Below are positions 9,436 to 18,509 of a DNA stretch of 43,303 nt, piece after piece. The notes under the pieces are model-generated. The model had not been told where the DNA came from and made no database searches. It saw only the letters and a program-made list of their open reading frames with translations. A program made the position numbers and the translations under genes. Source of the stretch: Planctomycetota bacterium (GTDB lineage: Bacteria > Planctomycetota > UBA1135 > UBA2386); NCBI GenBank assembly GCA_947501605.1, contig CANMWZ010000039.1, positions 1-43,303 of the forward strand, given 5' to 3'. Numbering within the stretch: the first letter of the stretch is position 1; the number at the start of each line of letters is the position of its first letter.

Positions 9436-9855
9436 ATGAGTCGAACCCTTGCTCGCACTGCCCTGATCGTCCGCATCGTGGTTGCCCTCGTGCTTCTGCA
9501 AACGCTGTTCTTCAAGTTCACGGGGGCGGCCGAGTCCGTCTTCATTTTCACCAAGATCGGCATGGAGCCGGTGGGCAGGATCGGCTCGGGCATTGCCGAG
9601 GGCATTGCTGCGGCAATGCTGCTGTCGCGGGCCGAGGCCTTCATCGTGCTCGGGGCCGGGATGGCGCTCATGGTGATCCTTGGTGCGATTCTGGCGCATT
9701 TCACCGTGCTGGGCATCGAGGTCGAGGGCGATGGTGGGCTGCTGTTTGTCCTGGCGCTCGTGGTCTTCTTTGGCTCTATCTTCACCTTGGTCGTGCATCG
9801 TGCCGGCCTCGCGATGTGGTGGTCGCGCTTCGCCGCGGCGCGTTCCGCGGAGTGA
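9436..9855 (+). CDS. DoxX family membrane protein
   Basis: LLQTLFFKFTGAAESV.IF..IGMEP.GRIGSG.AE...GAI.AH.T.LGI; hydrophobic helices. Confidence 0.85.
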   Translation: MSRTLARTALIVRIVVALVLLQTLFFKFTGAAESVFIFTKIGMEPVGRIGSGIAEGIAAAMLLSRAEAFIVLGAGMALMVILGAILAHFTVLGIEVEGDGGLLFVLALVVFFGSIFTLVVHRAGLAMWWSRFAAARSAE

Positions 9856-9914
9856 CTGCCGCGGTCCTTGCTATTGCGTGCCACGATGCCCCCTTCGTTT
9901 CCGAGCGTTGCTGC

Positions 9915-11384
9915 ATGAACCGGCTCCCAAACCTCCGCGTCCTGCCGCGAACAGAATCCGCGAACGGACAGGATGCCTCTGCCGGCGGCAAGGACCTGCT
10001 TCGTCGCGGTGGCGACATGGAGCGACTGCTGTCGGCCGCGACGGCTTTGGCGTCAGAGTTGCTCGCGGCCGAGAACGAACCGGCGATCCCCGCTGACCGC
10101 GACCCGGACCGACTGCGCGCTCGACTGTCGCTCGCTCTCGGCGCGACGGGACTCGAGCCGGAGGTGGTGCTCGATCAGGTGGCGGAACTCCTGCGCGCCA
10201 CACCCTCGAGTTCGAGTTGGCGCTTCGTCAACCAGCTATTCGGCGGTCGCGAACCGGTGGCCGTGGTGGCAGACATGCTCGCCACTCTGGCCAATGCGTC
10301 GATGTACACCTTCAAGGCTGCAGGCGCACAGGTGCTGGTCGAGAGCGAGCTGATCCGGCACATGGCAGCGACGGTGGGGATCCCCGACGCCGAGGGGTGC
10401 TTCACGCCAGGTGGTTCGCTGGCCAATCTGCAGGCCCTGCTGTTGGCGCGAAACGCGGCCTTTCCCAGGGCTCGCGAGCACGGAATCGGTGGCCAGCGCA
10501 CCGCGGTCTACACCTCGGCGGAGGGTCACTACTCGATCCCGAAAGGCGCTGGCATCCTCGGTCTGGGGCGCGCTGCCGTGCGGTCCATTCCGGTCGACTC
10601 AGCCGGCCGCATGCGAATCGACTCGCTGCGCGATCAGCTCGCCGCTGACCTGGCGCAGGGCGTGCGGCCGTTGTTGATCAATGTGACCGCGGGCACCACC
10701 GTTCGCGGCGCCTTCGACCCGATTCGTCTGGCTGCCAGTGTCGCTCGCGAGGCCGGGGCCTGGCTGCATGTCGATGGCGCGCTCGGCGCTTCGGTCGTGC
10801 TGTCGGCCGAACATCGTGCGCTGGTCGATGGCCTCGATCTCGCCGATTCGATCAGCTGGAACCCGCACAAGATGATGGGCGTGCCGTTGCAGTGCTCGCT
10901 GCTGCTGGTCGCGCGCAAGGGCAGCCTCGCCGCGAGCCTCGACGAAGCGGCGGACTATCTGTTTCAGACCCACGAGGCCGAACACAACCCGGGGCGCCGT
11001 TCGATCCAGTGCGGACGTCGCAACGACACCCTGAAGCTCTGGGCTGCGTGGCGCCGCCTCGGGGATCGCGGGTGGACCGATCGAATCGGTCGTCAGTTCA
11101 CGCTCGCTCGGCTTGCGGCCACCAAGATCGCTGCGGACCCGGTCTTCGAACTGGCCGAGGTGCCGCCGTCGGTCAACGTCTGCTTCCGCGTGCGAGGCGT
11201 GGACTCAGCCCAACTGTGCGACGAACTGCATCGATCCGGGCGCCTCACGATCGGCCATGGCCAGGTCGGCAGTCAGCGGGCGTTACGGCTCGTCTGCGTC
11301 AATCCGGATCTCGACGAAGCCAACCTCGATGCTCTGTTGGCGGAGATCAAGCAGGCTGCGGAGCGGTTGCAAGCGCGCGGCTGA
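9915..11384 (+). CDS. Group II PLP-dependent decarboxylase, cysteine sulfinate/aspartate decarboxylase (CSAD/GADL)-like
   Basis: [51 protein letters not shown] (PLP lysine), [12 protein letters not shown]. Confidence 0.9.
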   Translation: MNRLPNLRVLPRTESANGQDASAGGKDLLRRGGDMERLLSAATALASELLAAENEPAIPADRDPDRLRARLSLALGATGLEPEVVLDQVAELLRATPSSSSWRFVNQLFGGREPVAVVADMLATLANASMYTFKAAGAQVLVESELIRHMAATVGIPDAEGCFTPGGSLANLQALLLARNAAFPRAREHGIGGQRTAVYTSAEGHYSIPKGAGILGLGRAAVRSIPVDSAGRMRIDSLRDQLAADLAQGVRPLLINVTAGTTVRGAFDPIRLAASVAREAGAWLHVDGALGASVVLSAEHRALVDGLDLADSISWNPHKMMGVPLQCSLLLVARKGSLAASLDEAADYLFQTHEAEHNPGRRSIQCGRRNDTLKLWAAWRRLGDRGWTDRIGRQFTLARLAATKIAADPVFELAEVPPSVNVCFRVRGVDSAQLCDELHRSGRLTIGHGQVGSQRALRLVCVNPDLDEANLDALLAEIKQAAERLQARG

Positions 11385-12144
11385 TGCCGGCATCGGGCGC
11401 GGAGCGGAGGGTCGCAGCACGTTGCTGAGGTTGCCGCAAAGCGCGGCGGTTTGCGGCCAGCGCCTCAGCGGCACCGCCGCTGGCGCAGGCGGTGTTCTGC
11501 ATCGACGTGCGCTCGGAGCGGTATCGCCGAGCTCTCGAAGCGTGCAGCCAGGATGCAATCGTGACCCGTGGCTTTGCCTGGTTCTTTGGCTTGCCGATCT
11601 CTTGGGCGCCCTTAGGAACCATCGCACTGAGGCCGCAGCTGCCTGGCTTGCTCTCGCCGCACCGCGCCGACGCACCAAGCACCTCAACCTCGGTGGCCGG
11701 GTGTTCCTGCACGACTTCGACTGGCAAGCGGACGTCGATGGTTCGACCTTGACGTTGATCTTGACGGCGCCGCTGGTCGTGGCGCACTGGATCAACTTCC
11801 AGTACTACGCCTCCACCGTGGATAACCGGAGTTTTGGCAGCGGCAACAAGGTGCTCCACAACGTCCTTGGTGGGCACGTCGGCGTCTTCGAAGGCAATGG
11901 CGGCGACCTCAGGGCTGGTTTGCCGATGCAGTCGCTGCACGACGGTCGCGAGTGGCGTCACGCCCCGCTTCGCCTCGCCGCCTTCATCGAAGCCCCCACG
12001 GATGCGATCGAGGTCGTGGTGAGCCAGCATGAGGTCGTGCGTCAGCTCGTCGACCACGGCTGGATCCAGCTGTTCCAGCTCGATGAGCAAGGCCGAGCCA
12101 AGAGTCGGCGCCGGGGCGGCGGCTGGTCGGAGGCGAAGGCCTGA
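11384..12144 (+). pseudogene. dabA: Remnant of dabA (DUF2309, inorganic carbon transporter subunit) with N-terminal loss, internal deletion and frameshift
   Basis: One frame gives [18 protein letters not shown]...GFAWFFGLP; a second frame gives APRRRT..LNL.GRVFLH.FDW...TAP.VVAHWIN.QYYAS.VD...[10 protein letters not shown]...GDLR.GLP.QS; junction near 11650-11665; only ~250 codons against the roughly 800-aa norm. Confidence 0.85.
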
Positions 12145-12145
12145 G

Positions 12146-13003
12146 ATGGTTTCGCCGTTCGCCGGTCGGACGCTTTGCATCGCCACGATGCATCGCAAGG
12201 AGCAGGTCTTGGCGCCGTTGCTCGAGAGTCAGTGGTTGGTGCGCTGCCTGCCTGCGCCGGCTGGCCTCGATACCGATCAGTTCGGCACGTTCAGCGGCGA
12301 AGTGGCGCGACGCGGCACCGCTCGGGAGACTGCGCGCGCCAAGGCGCAGGCGGCGCTAGCACTGACGGCTGCAGACCTTGTGGTTACGAGCGAGGGCAGC
12401 TTTGGTCCCCATCCGCACTCGCCTCTGGTGCCCGTCGGGAGTGAGTTGGTGCTGCTCTTGGAGCGTTCGAGTGGCCGCGAGTTCTGTGGCGAAGACGTGA
12501 CGATCGAGACCAATCATGCTCGCCGTGAGTGTCAGTTGCCCCGCGATGCCGCTGACTTTGCTCGCCGCATCGGCTTCCCCACGCATGGCGTGCTGCTTTT
12601 GGTGGATGAACCTCCCCAACGAGTCTGGCGAGATGTGGACAACTTCACCCAATTGCACGACGCCGCGACGGCAGCGCAGCGCGAAGCCCGGTGCGTTGGA
12701 AGGCCGTGGTCCATCGCTTCCGACATGCGCGCGCATCGCAATCCGACCCGCATGCGGGCGATTGCACGGGCCGGACACGCATTGGCGCAGCGCGTCCTCT
12801 GTTCGTGTCCGCACTGTGCAGCGCCTGGCTTTGGACCAGTCGAGGTTGTGCTTGGCTTGCCATGCCAGTGGTGTGCAACACCGGTGCCTTTGCCTCGCGC
12901 CACCATTCATGGCTGCGTTGCCTGTTCGTTTCGTCGTGAAGTGAGTCGACTTGATGGGATCACTGCGGCGGATCCCGGTAGCTGTCCGTCATGCAACCCA
13001 TGA
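12146..13003 (+). CDS. DUF6671-type protein (ITPase-like N-terminus, C-terminal Cys-rich zinc-binding region)
   Basis: ATMHRKE, DTDQFGTFSGEV.R, SEGSFGPHP, SDMRAHRNPTRM, repeated CxxC ending in CPSCNP. Confidence 0.75.
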   Translation: MVSPFAGRTLCIATMHRKEQVLAPLLESQWLVRCLPAPAGLDTDQFGTFSGEVARRGTARETARAKAQAALALTAADLVVTSEGSFGPHPHSPLVPVGSELVLLLERSSGREFCGEDVTIETNHARRECQLPRDAADFARRIGFPTHGVLLLVDEPPQRVWRDVDNFTQLHDAATAAQREARCVGRPWSIASDMRAHRNPTRMRAIARAGHALAQRVLCSCPHCAAPGFGPVEVVLGLPCQWCATPVPLPRATIHGCVACSFRREVSRLDGITAADPGSCPSCNP

Positions 13004-13075
13004 GAGATGTCGCGATGGAATGATGAGCAACGCATCGCGAACGAACGACAACTCGGTAACGTTCGCGCCGCCATC

Positions 13076-13585
13076 ATGTCTCGTACACAAGCTCTCTCGT
13101 CTTCTCCCTCGGCGCACGTGGTGCCTGCGAGTGCCGACGGCAGCCTACGCCTCGTCGCTAGCCGCTCGTTCTCGATTGGCGAGTCGATCCTCACGGTCGA
13201 CGGCGTGATCCAGTCGGTGCCCTCGCGCTACTCGATCCAGATCGGTATCGATCAGCATGTCGAGCAACCATCGGCAACGACGCGCGATCAGGAGCGCCTG
13301 CGCTACCCGTGGCGGTTCTTGAACCACGCGTGCGCACCCAACGCATCGCTGCATGGTCGCGACCTGCGCGCGCTGCGAGCGATCGATGAGGGGGAAGAGA
13401 TCACCTTCGACTACTTGACGACGGAGTTCGAAATGGCGACGCCATTCCGCTGCGCTTGCGGCGCCTCGTCGTGCCAAGGGGAGATTCGCGGTTTCCGGCA
13501 CTTGTCGGCCGAGCAACGTGCGCGCTATGTGCCGCGCACTGCCGCGCACGTGCTTGCGCTGGCGCGCCGTCACGGCCTCATCTGA
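13076..13585 (+). CDS. SET domain-containing methyltransferase with post-SET Cys motif
   Basis: RFLNHACAPN, ALRAIDEGEEITFDY, FRCACGASSC; alternative ATG at 13007. Confidence 0.9.
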   Translation: MSRTQALSSSPSAHVVPASADGSLRLVASRSFSIGESILTVDGVIQSVPSRYSIQIGIDQHVEQPSATTRDQERLRYPWRFLNHACAPNASLHGRDLRALRAIDEGEEITFDYLTTEFEMATPFRCACGASSCQGEIRGFRHLSAEQRARYVPRTAAHVLALARRHGLI

Positions 13586-13595
13586 CCAGAAGCGC

Positions 13596-16500
13596 ATGGC
13601 CGGAGAGCACTCGCCGCGGCTGTTGCACGAAGTCTTTGCGAGCGTGCTGCAGCGGCACGCGGCCGCGGTCGCCGTGGACATCCCTCCGGGGATCGGGCGT
13701 GCGCAGCGACAGACATGCAGCTACGCCCAGCTCGACCGCAACGCCGCGCGCGTTCATGCGGCGTTGGGTGACGACCAAGGCGAACGCGTCGTTTGCCTGC
13801 TGTTGGCGCGTGACACGCCGTGGCTCTACGCCGCCCAACTCGGCGTGCTGCGCGCTGGGGCGTGCTACGTCGGCCTCGAGGCCCGCAATCCAGACGAGCA
13901 CGTTCGCTATGTGCTGCACGACGCCGGCGCCAAAGTGGTGCTGACGGATGCGCAAGGCTGCGCCCGTCTGCGAGGTCTCGTGGATCACGACGTGCGGTTG
14001 GTCGATGTCGCAACCTTGCCGGAGCGGGCAGCGCCGCCGCCGTTTGCTGGCGAGGATGCGCGGCTTGCCTACGTGATCTACACCTCGGGCACGACCGGTC
14101 GACCCAAGGGCGTGATGATCGAGCACTGTTCGGTCGTCAATCTCGTGCTTGGCGATGTCTTGGAGTTCGGGTTGACGACAGCGGACCGCGTGGCGCAAGG
14201 CTCGTCGCCGGCTTACGACTCGTCGGTGGAAGAGACCTGGATGGCGCTGTCGTGCGGCGCCTGTGTGGTGCCGATGGACGACGAGGTCGTACGCCGCGGT
14301 CCCGACCTGTTGCCGTGGCTGCAGGACGAACGCATCACCGTGCTGTGTCCGCCGCCAACGCTGCTGCGTGCAACCGGCTGCCTGGATCCGCGCGCGATGC
14401 TGCCAGAGCTCAAGTTGCTCTATGTCGGTGGTGAAGCGCTGCCGCAAGAACTGGCCGATCGCTGGGCCAAAGGCCGTCGCATGGTCAATGGCTATGGCCC
14501 GACGGAGTGCACGGTCACGGTGACCCGCAGCGAAGTGCGCGAAGGGGAGCCCGTGACGATTGGTGAGGCCGTGCCTGGCAACCGCGCGCTGGTGGTCGAC
14601 GAGTCGTTGCACGAAGTGTCGCCCGGCGACTGGGGCGAGCTGTGCATCGTCGGCAAGGGCGTGGCGCGCGGGTATCTCGGCCGCAGCGACCTCACCGCCG
14701 AACGCTTCATGGTCGTACCGCCACACGGTCGCATGTATCGCACTGGCGATCGCGTGCGGCGATCGAGCAGCGGCGCCTTGATCTACGAAGGCCGCCTCGA
14801 TGCCCAGGTCAAGCTGCGTGGTCACCGGGTCGAACTCGGCGAGATCGAGGCTCGGCTCGTGGCGATGGACGGCGTGCGCGCTGCTGCCTGCGCTGTTCAG
14901 GACGGCGAAGTGCTGGTCGCCTTCATCGTGCCGCAAGATCCGAGCGCCTCGATGGCACTCGATCGGTTGACGGCAGCGCTGCGCCTGGAGTTGCCGGCGC
15001 ACATGGTGCCTGCACGCATGCAGGCGATCGCGGCGCTGCCGACCACCGTTGGCGGCAAGCTCGACCGCAGAGCCCTGCCGCGCCTGCAGATCGTCGGGGG
15101 CGTTGGTTCCCGTGACGGCCGGGACTCGGTGGGGGCGCTCGAGCACCTGGTGGCCGCCGCGTTCTGCAAGGCGCTCGCGTGCACCCGCGTGCCGGCCGAC
15201 GTCGACTTCTTCGATCTGGGCGGCGATTCGCTGCGGGCCGCCGTGATGATCTCGCATCTGCGCGACGACGCGCGGACCGAGGCACTTGCCGTGCGTGACG
15301 TCTACGAGACGCGCACGGTCGAGGCGCTGGCCCTGCGGGCGGAGCGTGCAGGCGCTGCGGTCGCTGGCGAGCGCGTGCGCCCAGAGCCTGAAGGCGTGCA
15401 CGAAGTCCTGGTCACGGGTGTGCAGACGCTGTGGCTTGCTGGCGAGTTGATTGCCACTGCTTCGCTCGCCTACGGCCTCGTGTTTCTGCTGACGCCGTTC
15501 GTGATCGACGCGATCGGAGTCGTGCCATTCGTGTTCAGCTCGCTCTGGATCTTTGCGGCGCTGCGTCTGCTTCTGGCGGTGCCGCTGCTGGCGTTCGCGG
15601 TGGCGATGAAGCGCTTGTTGATCGGGCGCTACACGGTTCAGCGGCAGCCGGTCTGGGGCTACTGGTATCTGCGCCACTGGATCGTGCAGCGCTGCGTCCG
15701 CCTCGTGCCCTGGAATGCGCTGGTCGGCACCGAGCTACAGCTCGCAGGCTTGCGTCGGCTCGGTGCGCGCATTGGCCGCAACGTGCACCTGCACCGCGGC
15801 GTCGATCTTCTGGTTGGTGGCTGGGACCTGCTCGAGATCGGCGACGACGTCACGTTGAGCCAGGACTCGGGGGTCGGGCTGTGCGAGTTCGATGACGGTC
15901 ACGTGGTCGTAGCGCCGGTCGTGCTCGAGCGCGGTGCCGTGCTTGAAGTGCGCGCCGGCGTCGACGGCCACGTGCGCGTTGGCGAAGGTGCGTGTGTGAC
16001 GGCGTTGTCGTTGGTCGCGGCCGGTTCGGTGGTGCCTGCCGGAGAACGTTGGGATGGTGTGCCCGCGCGGCGCGTTGGCCTCGTCGGGCCGGTGCCTGCG
16101 GTCACGGTGGGCGGGCCGCGGCTGTCGCCGGCGGCGCACGCGCTGCTGATGATCTGCCTGCGCACTGCGGCGGCGTGGTTCGGCATGATGTCCTTCTTCG
16201 TCACGGTTGCCCTGCTGCTGCTGGTCTGGAACGTCGACGGCAGCGGCCTGCGGTCGTGGCTGGCCAACCCGGCGACCACCGCGTCGTCGGTGTGCCTGTC
16301 GATGCTGGCGATCGTCCTCTCGGCGATGCTTGGTCTCACGATCCAGGGCTTCATCATGCGCTTTGGACCGCGGGTGCCGGCGGGCGTCATGCAGACGCGC
16401 AGTGCGCTGCATGTCTTGGCCCTGCTGCGCGCGCATTCGGTCGACGTCGCCGGTGTGTGGCTCAGCGGCACGCTGTTTTGGCCGTGGTGGTTGCGCCTCG

Positions 16501-17522
16501 CGGGCGCTCGCATCGGGCCGCAGGCCGAGATCAGCACGATTCTCGATGTGCTCCCCGAGAACCTGACCGTGGGCGGCCGCAGTTTCTACGCCGACGGCAT
16601 CTACCTCGGCGGTCCGCGCATCGATCGCGGCACGGTGTCCGTCGCCCCGGTCGAACTCGGCAGCGGCACCTTCCTCGGCAACCACGTGGTGATCCCGAAG
16701 GGCGCGCACTTGCCCGATGACTTGCTGCTCGGAGTGTCGACGGTTGCCTGCGACGAGCGCATGACGCGCGGTTCGTCGTGGTTTGGCCAGCCGCCGTTTG
16801 CGCTGCCACGGCGCGAAGTGATCGAGGTCGATCGCAGCCTGACGTTCGAGCCTGGCGTCATGCGCTACGCCAACCGTGTGTTCTGGGAGGCGCTCCGCTT
16901 CTCGATTCCGCTGGTGCCGGCGCTGGCGGCGGTGCCGTGGCTCGACGCCCTCGCGGCGTGCGATCCCACCCATGCGAGCACGTGGCTCGTCGCCGCGCCG
17001 CTGGCGACGCTCGTGCTCGCCTTCGGACTCGCTCTGTTCGTGCTGGTGCTGAAGTGGCTGTTGCTTGGACGCGTTCGCCCTGGTCAGCACGCGCTGTGGT
17101 CGTGCTGGTGCAGTCGCTGGGATTTCCTCTACGTTGCCTGGGGAATGCTCGCGCGCGCCGCGCTCGTGCGCTTGCAAGGGACTCTGTGGCTCGCGTGGTA
17201 CCTCCGCGCGATGGGCGTGAAGATCGGCAAGCGCGTGGTACTCGGCGGCGGCTTCACGCAGGTCGTCGATCCCGACATGCTGTCGTTCGGCGACTATGCG
17301 ACCGTGGACACGATGTTTCAGGCGCACAGCTTCGAGGACCGCGTGCTCAAGATCGATCGCGTGACCATCGAGGCGCGAGCGACGCTGCGGCGCTCGTCGG
17401 TAGTGCTCTATGGCGCGCACTTCGGCGCCGGCTGCCGCATCGAGTCGCACAGCGTCGTCATGAAGAACGAGCGGTTGTTGCCCGGCCGCGACTACGCCGG
17501 CGTCCCGACGCGCCCCGTCTGA
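13596..17522 (+). CDS. Pls/PosA-type membrane-bound single-module NRPS-like synthetase (A-T plus TM-separated C-terminal hexapeptide-repeat domains)
   Basis: A domain YVIYTSGTTGRPKGV, YGPTE, YRTGD, QVKLRGHRVELGEIE, GKLDR; T domain FFDLGGDSL; three R.(L/A/M)G..IG units separated by TM helices; no C or TE domain. Confidence 0.9.
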   Translation: MAGEHSPRLLHEVFASVLQRHAAAVAVDIPPGIGRAQRQTCSYAQLDRNAARVHAALGDDQGERVVCLLLARDTPWLYAAQLGVLRAGACYVGLEARNPDEHVRYVLHDAGAKVVLTDAQGCARLRGLVDHDVRLVDVATLPERAAPPPFAGEDARLAYVIYTSGTTGRPKGVMIEHCSVVNLVLGDVLEFGLTTADRVAQGSSPAYDSSVEETWMALSCGACVVPMDDEVVRRGPDLLPWLQDERITVLCPPPTLLRATGCLDPRAMLPELKLLYVGGEALPQELADRWAKGRRMVNGYGPTECTVTVTRSEVREGEPVTIGEAVPGNRALVVDESLHEVSPGDWGELCIVGKGVARGYLGRSDLTAERFMVVPPHGRMYRTGDRVRRSSSGALIYEGRLDAQVKLRGHRVELGEIEARLVAMDGVRAAACAVQDGEVLVAFIVPQDPSASMALDRLTAALRLELPAHMVPARMQAIAALPTTVGGKLDRRALPRLQIVGGVGSRDGRDSVGALEHLVAAAFCKALACTRVPADVDFFDLGGDSLRAAVMISHLRDDARTEALAVRDVYETRTVEALALRAERAGAAVAGERVRPEPEGVHEVLVTGVQTLWLAGELIATASLAYGLVFLLTPFVIDAIGVVPFVFSSLWIFAALRLLLAVPLLAFAVAMKRLLIGRYTVQRQPVWGYWYLRHWIVQRCVRLVPWNALVGTELQLAGLRRLGARIGRNVHLHRGVDLLVGGWDLLEIGDDVTLSQDSGVGLCEFDDGHVVVAPVVLERGAVLEVRAGVDGHVRVGEGACVTALSLVAAGSVVPAGERWDGVPARRVGLVGPVPAVTVGGPRLSPAAHALLMICLRTAAAWFGMMSFFVTVALLLLVWNVDGSGLRSWLANPATTASSVCLSMLAIVLSAMLGLTIQGFIMRFGPRVPAGVMQTRSALHVLALLRAHSVDVAGVWLSGTLFWPWWLRLAGARIGPQAEISTILDVLPENLTVGGRSFYADGIYLGGPRIDRGTVSVAPVELGSGTFLGNHVVIPKGAHLPDDLLLGVSTVACDERMTRGSSWFGQPPFALPRREVIEVDRSLTFEPGVMRYANRVFWEALRFSIPLVPALAAVPWLDALAACDPTHASTWLVAAPLATLVLAFGLALFVLVLKWLLLGRVRPGQHALWSCWCSRWDFLYVAWGMLARAALVRLQGTLWLAWYLRAMGVKIGKRVVLGGGFTQVVDPDMLSFGDYATVDTMFQAHSFEDRVLKIDRVTIEARATLRRSSVVLYGAHFGAGCRIESHSVVMKNERLLPGRDYAGVPTRPV

Positions 17523-17529
17523 AGCTCGC

Positions 17530-18477
17530 TCAGAAGCGCGGCGTCACGGCCATCACTTCTTTGACCTCGCTGCTGCCCGGCATGGCGACCGCGAACGGGA
17601 ACGTCGCGTTGGACGCCGCGGCGCCGAAGCGTCCGTGCTTGTCGAGTGCGATGAAGCAAACGTCGAGCGCGTAACCACGCGGGTCCTTCTTGGCCATCTC
17701 GTGCACGACCTCTTCGCACGCCGACTGCGGGTGCAGACCTTGGCGCATGCGTTCAACGATCATGCGCGAGGCGCAGTGGCGCATGATGTTCTCCCCGACA
17801 CCAGTGGCACCGGCGGCGCCGACTTCGTTGTCGACGTAGAGTCCGGAACCGAGGATGGGCGAGTCGCCGACGCGGCCCGGCAACTTGCCGGCCATGCCGC
17901 TCGTGGAACAGCCGCCGGCGAGGTTGCCATCGGCGCCGAGCACCAGCAGCGCGACGGTGTCGTGGCCTTCCGGTTGCGGGGCCTTGTGGTCTTCCGCCAG
18001 CCACTTCTGCTTCTGTGCTGCCAGAGCCTCGACGTCGACGGTCTCGAGTCCCTTCGACAGCGCGAACCAGCGCGCGCCCTCGCCGACGAGCATCACGTGC
18101 TTGGTGTCCTCCATGACGCGGCGTGCGGCGGAGATCGGGTGCACGATGCCCTCGAGTCCGGCGACGCTGCCGGCGCCGTGGTTTCGGCCGTTCATGATGC
18201 AGGCGTCGAGCTGCACATAGCCGGCCGCGTTGGGGCGACCGCCGAGGCCGACGGAGCCATCGGGGCTCAGCGCTTCGACCGCGCAAACCCCCTGCTCGAC
18301 AGCGTCGAGTGGTGTCCCGCCCGCTGCCAGCACCGCGAGTGCGCGGTCGTTGCCGACTTTGCCGAAGGGCCAGGTCGCGACCACCAGCGGCCCGCAGCCT
18401 CTGGCCTCGCTCGGCAAAGTGGCGCAGGCAGCGAGCGAAAACATGGCGAGCAAGACGGCAGCGGTGGGGGCGCGCAT
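17530..18477 (-). CDS. Glycosylasparaginase / isoaspartyl peptidase (Ntn hydrolase, Asparaginase_2), lipoprotein
   Basis: LAAC lipobox; SVGLGGRPN, QLDACIM, HDTV autocleavage site, STSG...K.PGRVGDSPI.G.G, GAAGATG.GE. Confidence 0.92.
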   Translation of the reverse strand: MRAPTAAVLLAMFSLAACATLPSEARGCGPLVVATWPFGKVGNDRALAVLAAGGTPLDAVEQGVCAVEALSPDGSVGLGGRPNAAGYVQLDACIMNGRNHGAGSVAGLEGIVHPISAARRVMEDTKHVMLVGEGARWFALSKGLETVDVEALAAQKQKWLAEDHKAPQPEGHDTVALLVLGADGNLAGGCSTSGMAGKLPGRVGDSPILGSGLYVDNEVGAAGATGVGENIMRHCASRMIVERMRQGLHPQSACEEVVHEMAKKDPRGYALDVCFIALDKHGRFGAAASNATFPFAVAMPGSSEVKEVMAVTPRF

Positions 18478-18509
18478 GGCCCTTGATGCTAGCCGCAACG
18501 CGGCGCGGC

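Noticed and set aside
7765..9798. Long antisense or alternative-frame ORFs (e.g. 7765..9798 -, 13578..15677 -, 19397..21394 +, 27600..29699 -, 41188..42873 +)
   Set aside because: These are shadow ORFs expected in high-GC DNA; they overlap well-supported genes and have no motifs
11384..11440. Selenocysteine in C-U-G-C (TGA 11426-11428), in frame with an ATG coupled to the decarboxylase
   Set aside because: It lies in a deleted, frameshifted dabA remnant outside any motif I recognise, and I could not identify a convincing SECIS; most likely junction debris
13596..17522. Calling the product epsilon-poly-L-lysine
   Set aside because: The architecture matches Pls but the A-domain pocket residues appear different, so the substrate cannot be assigned by eye
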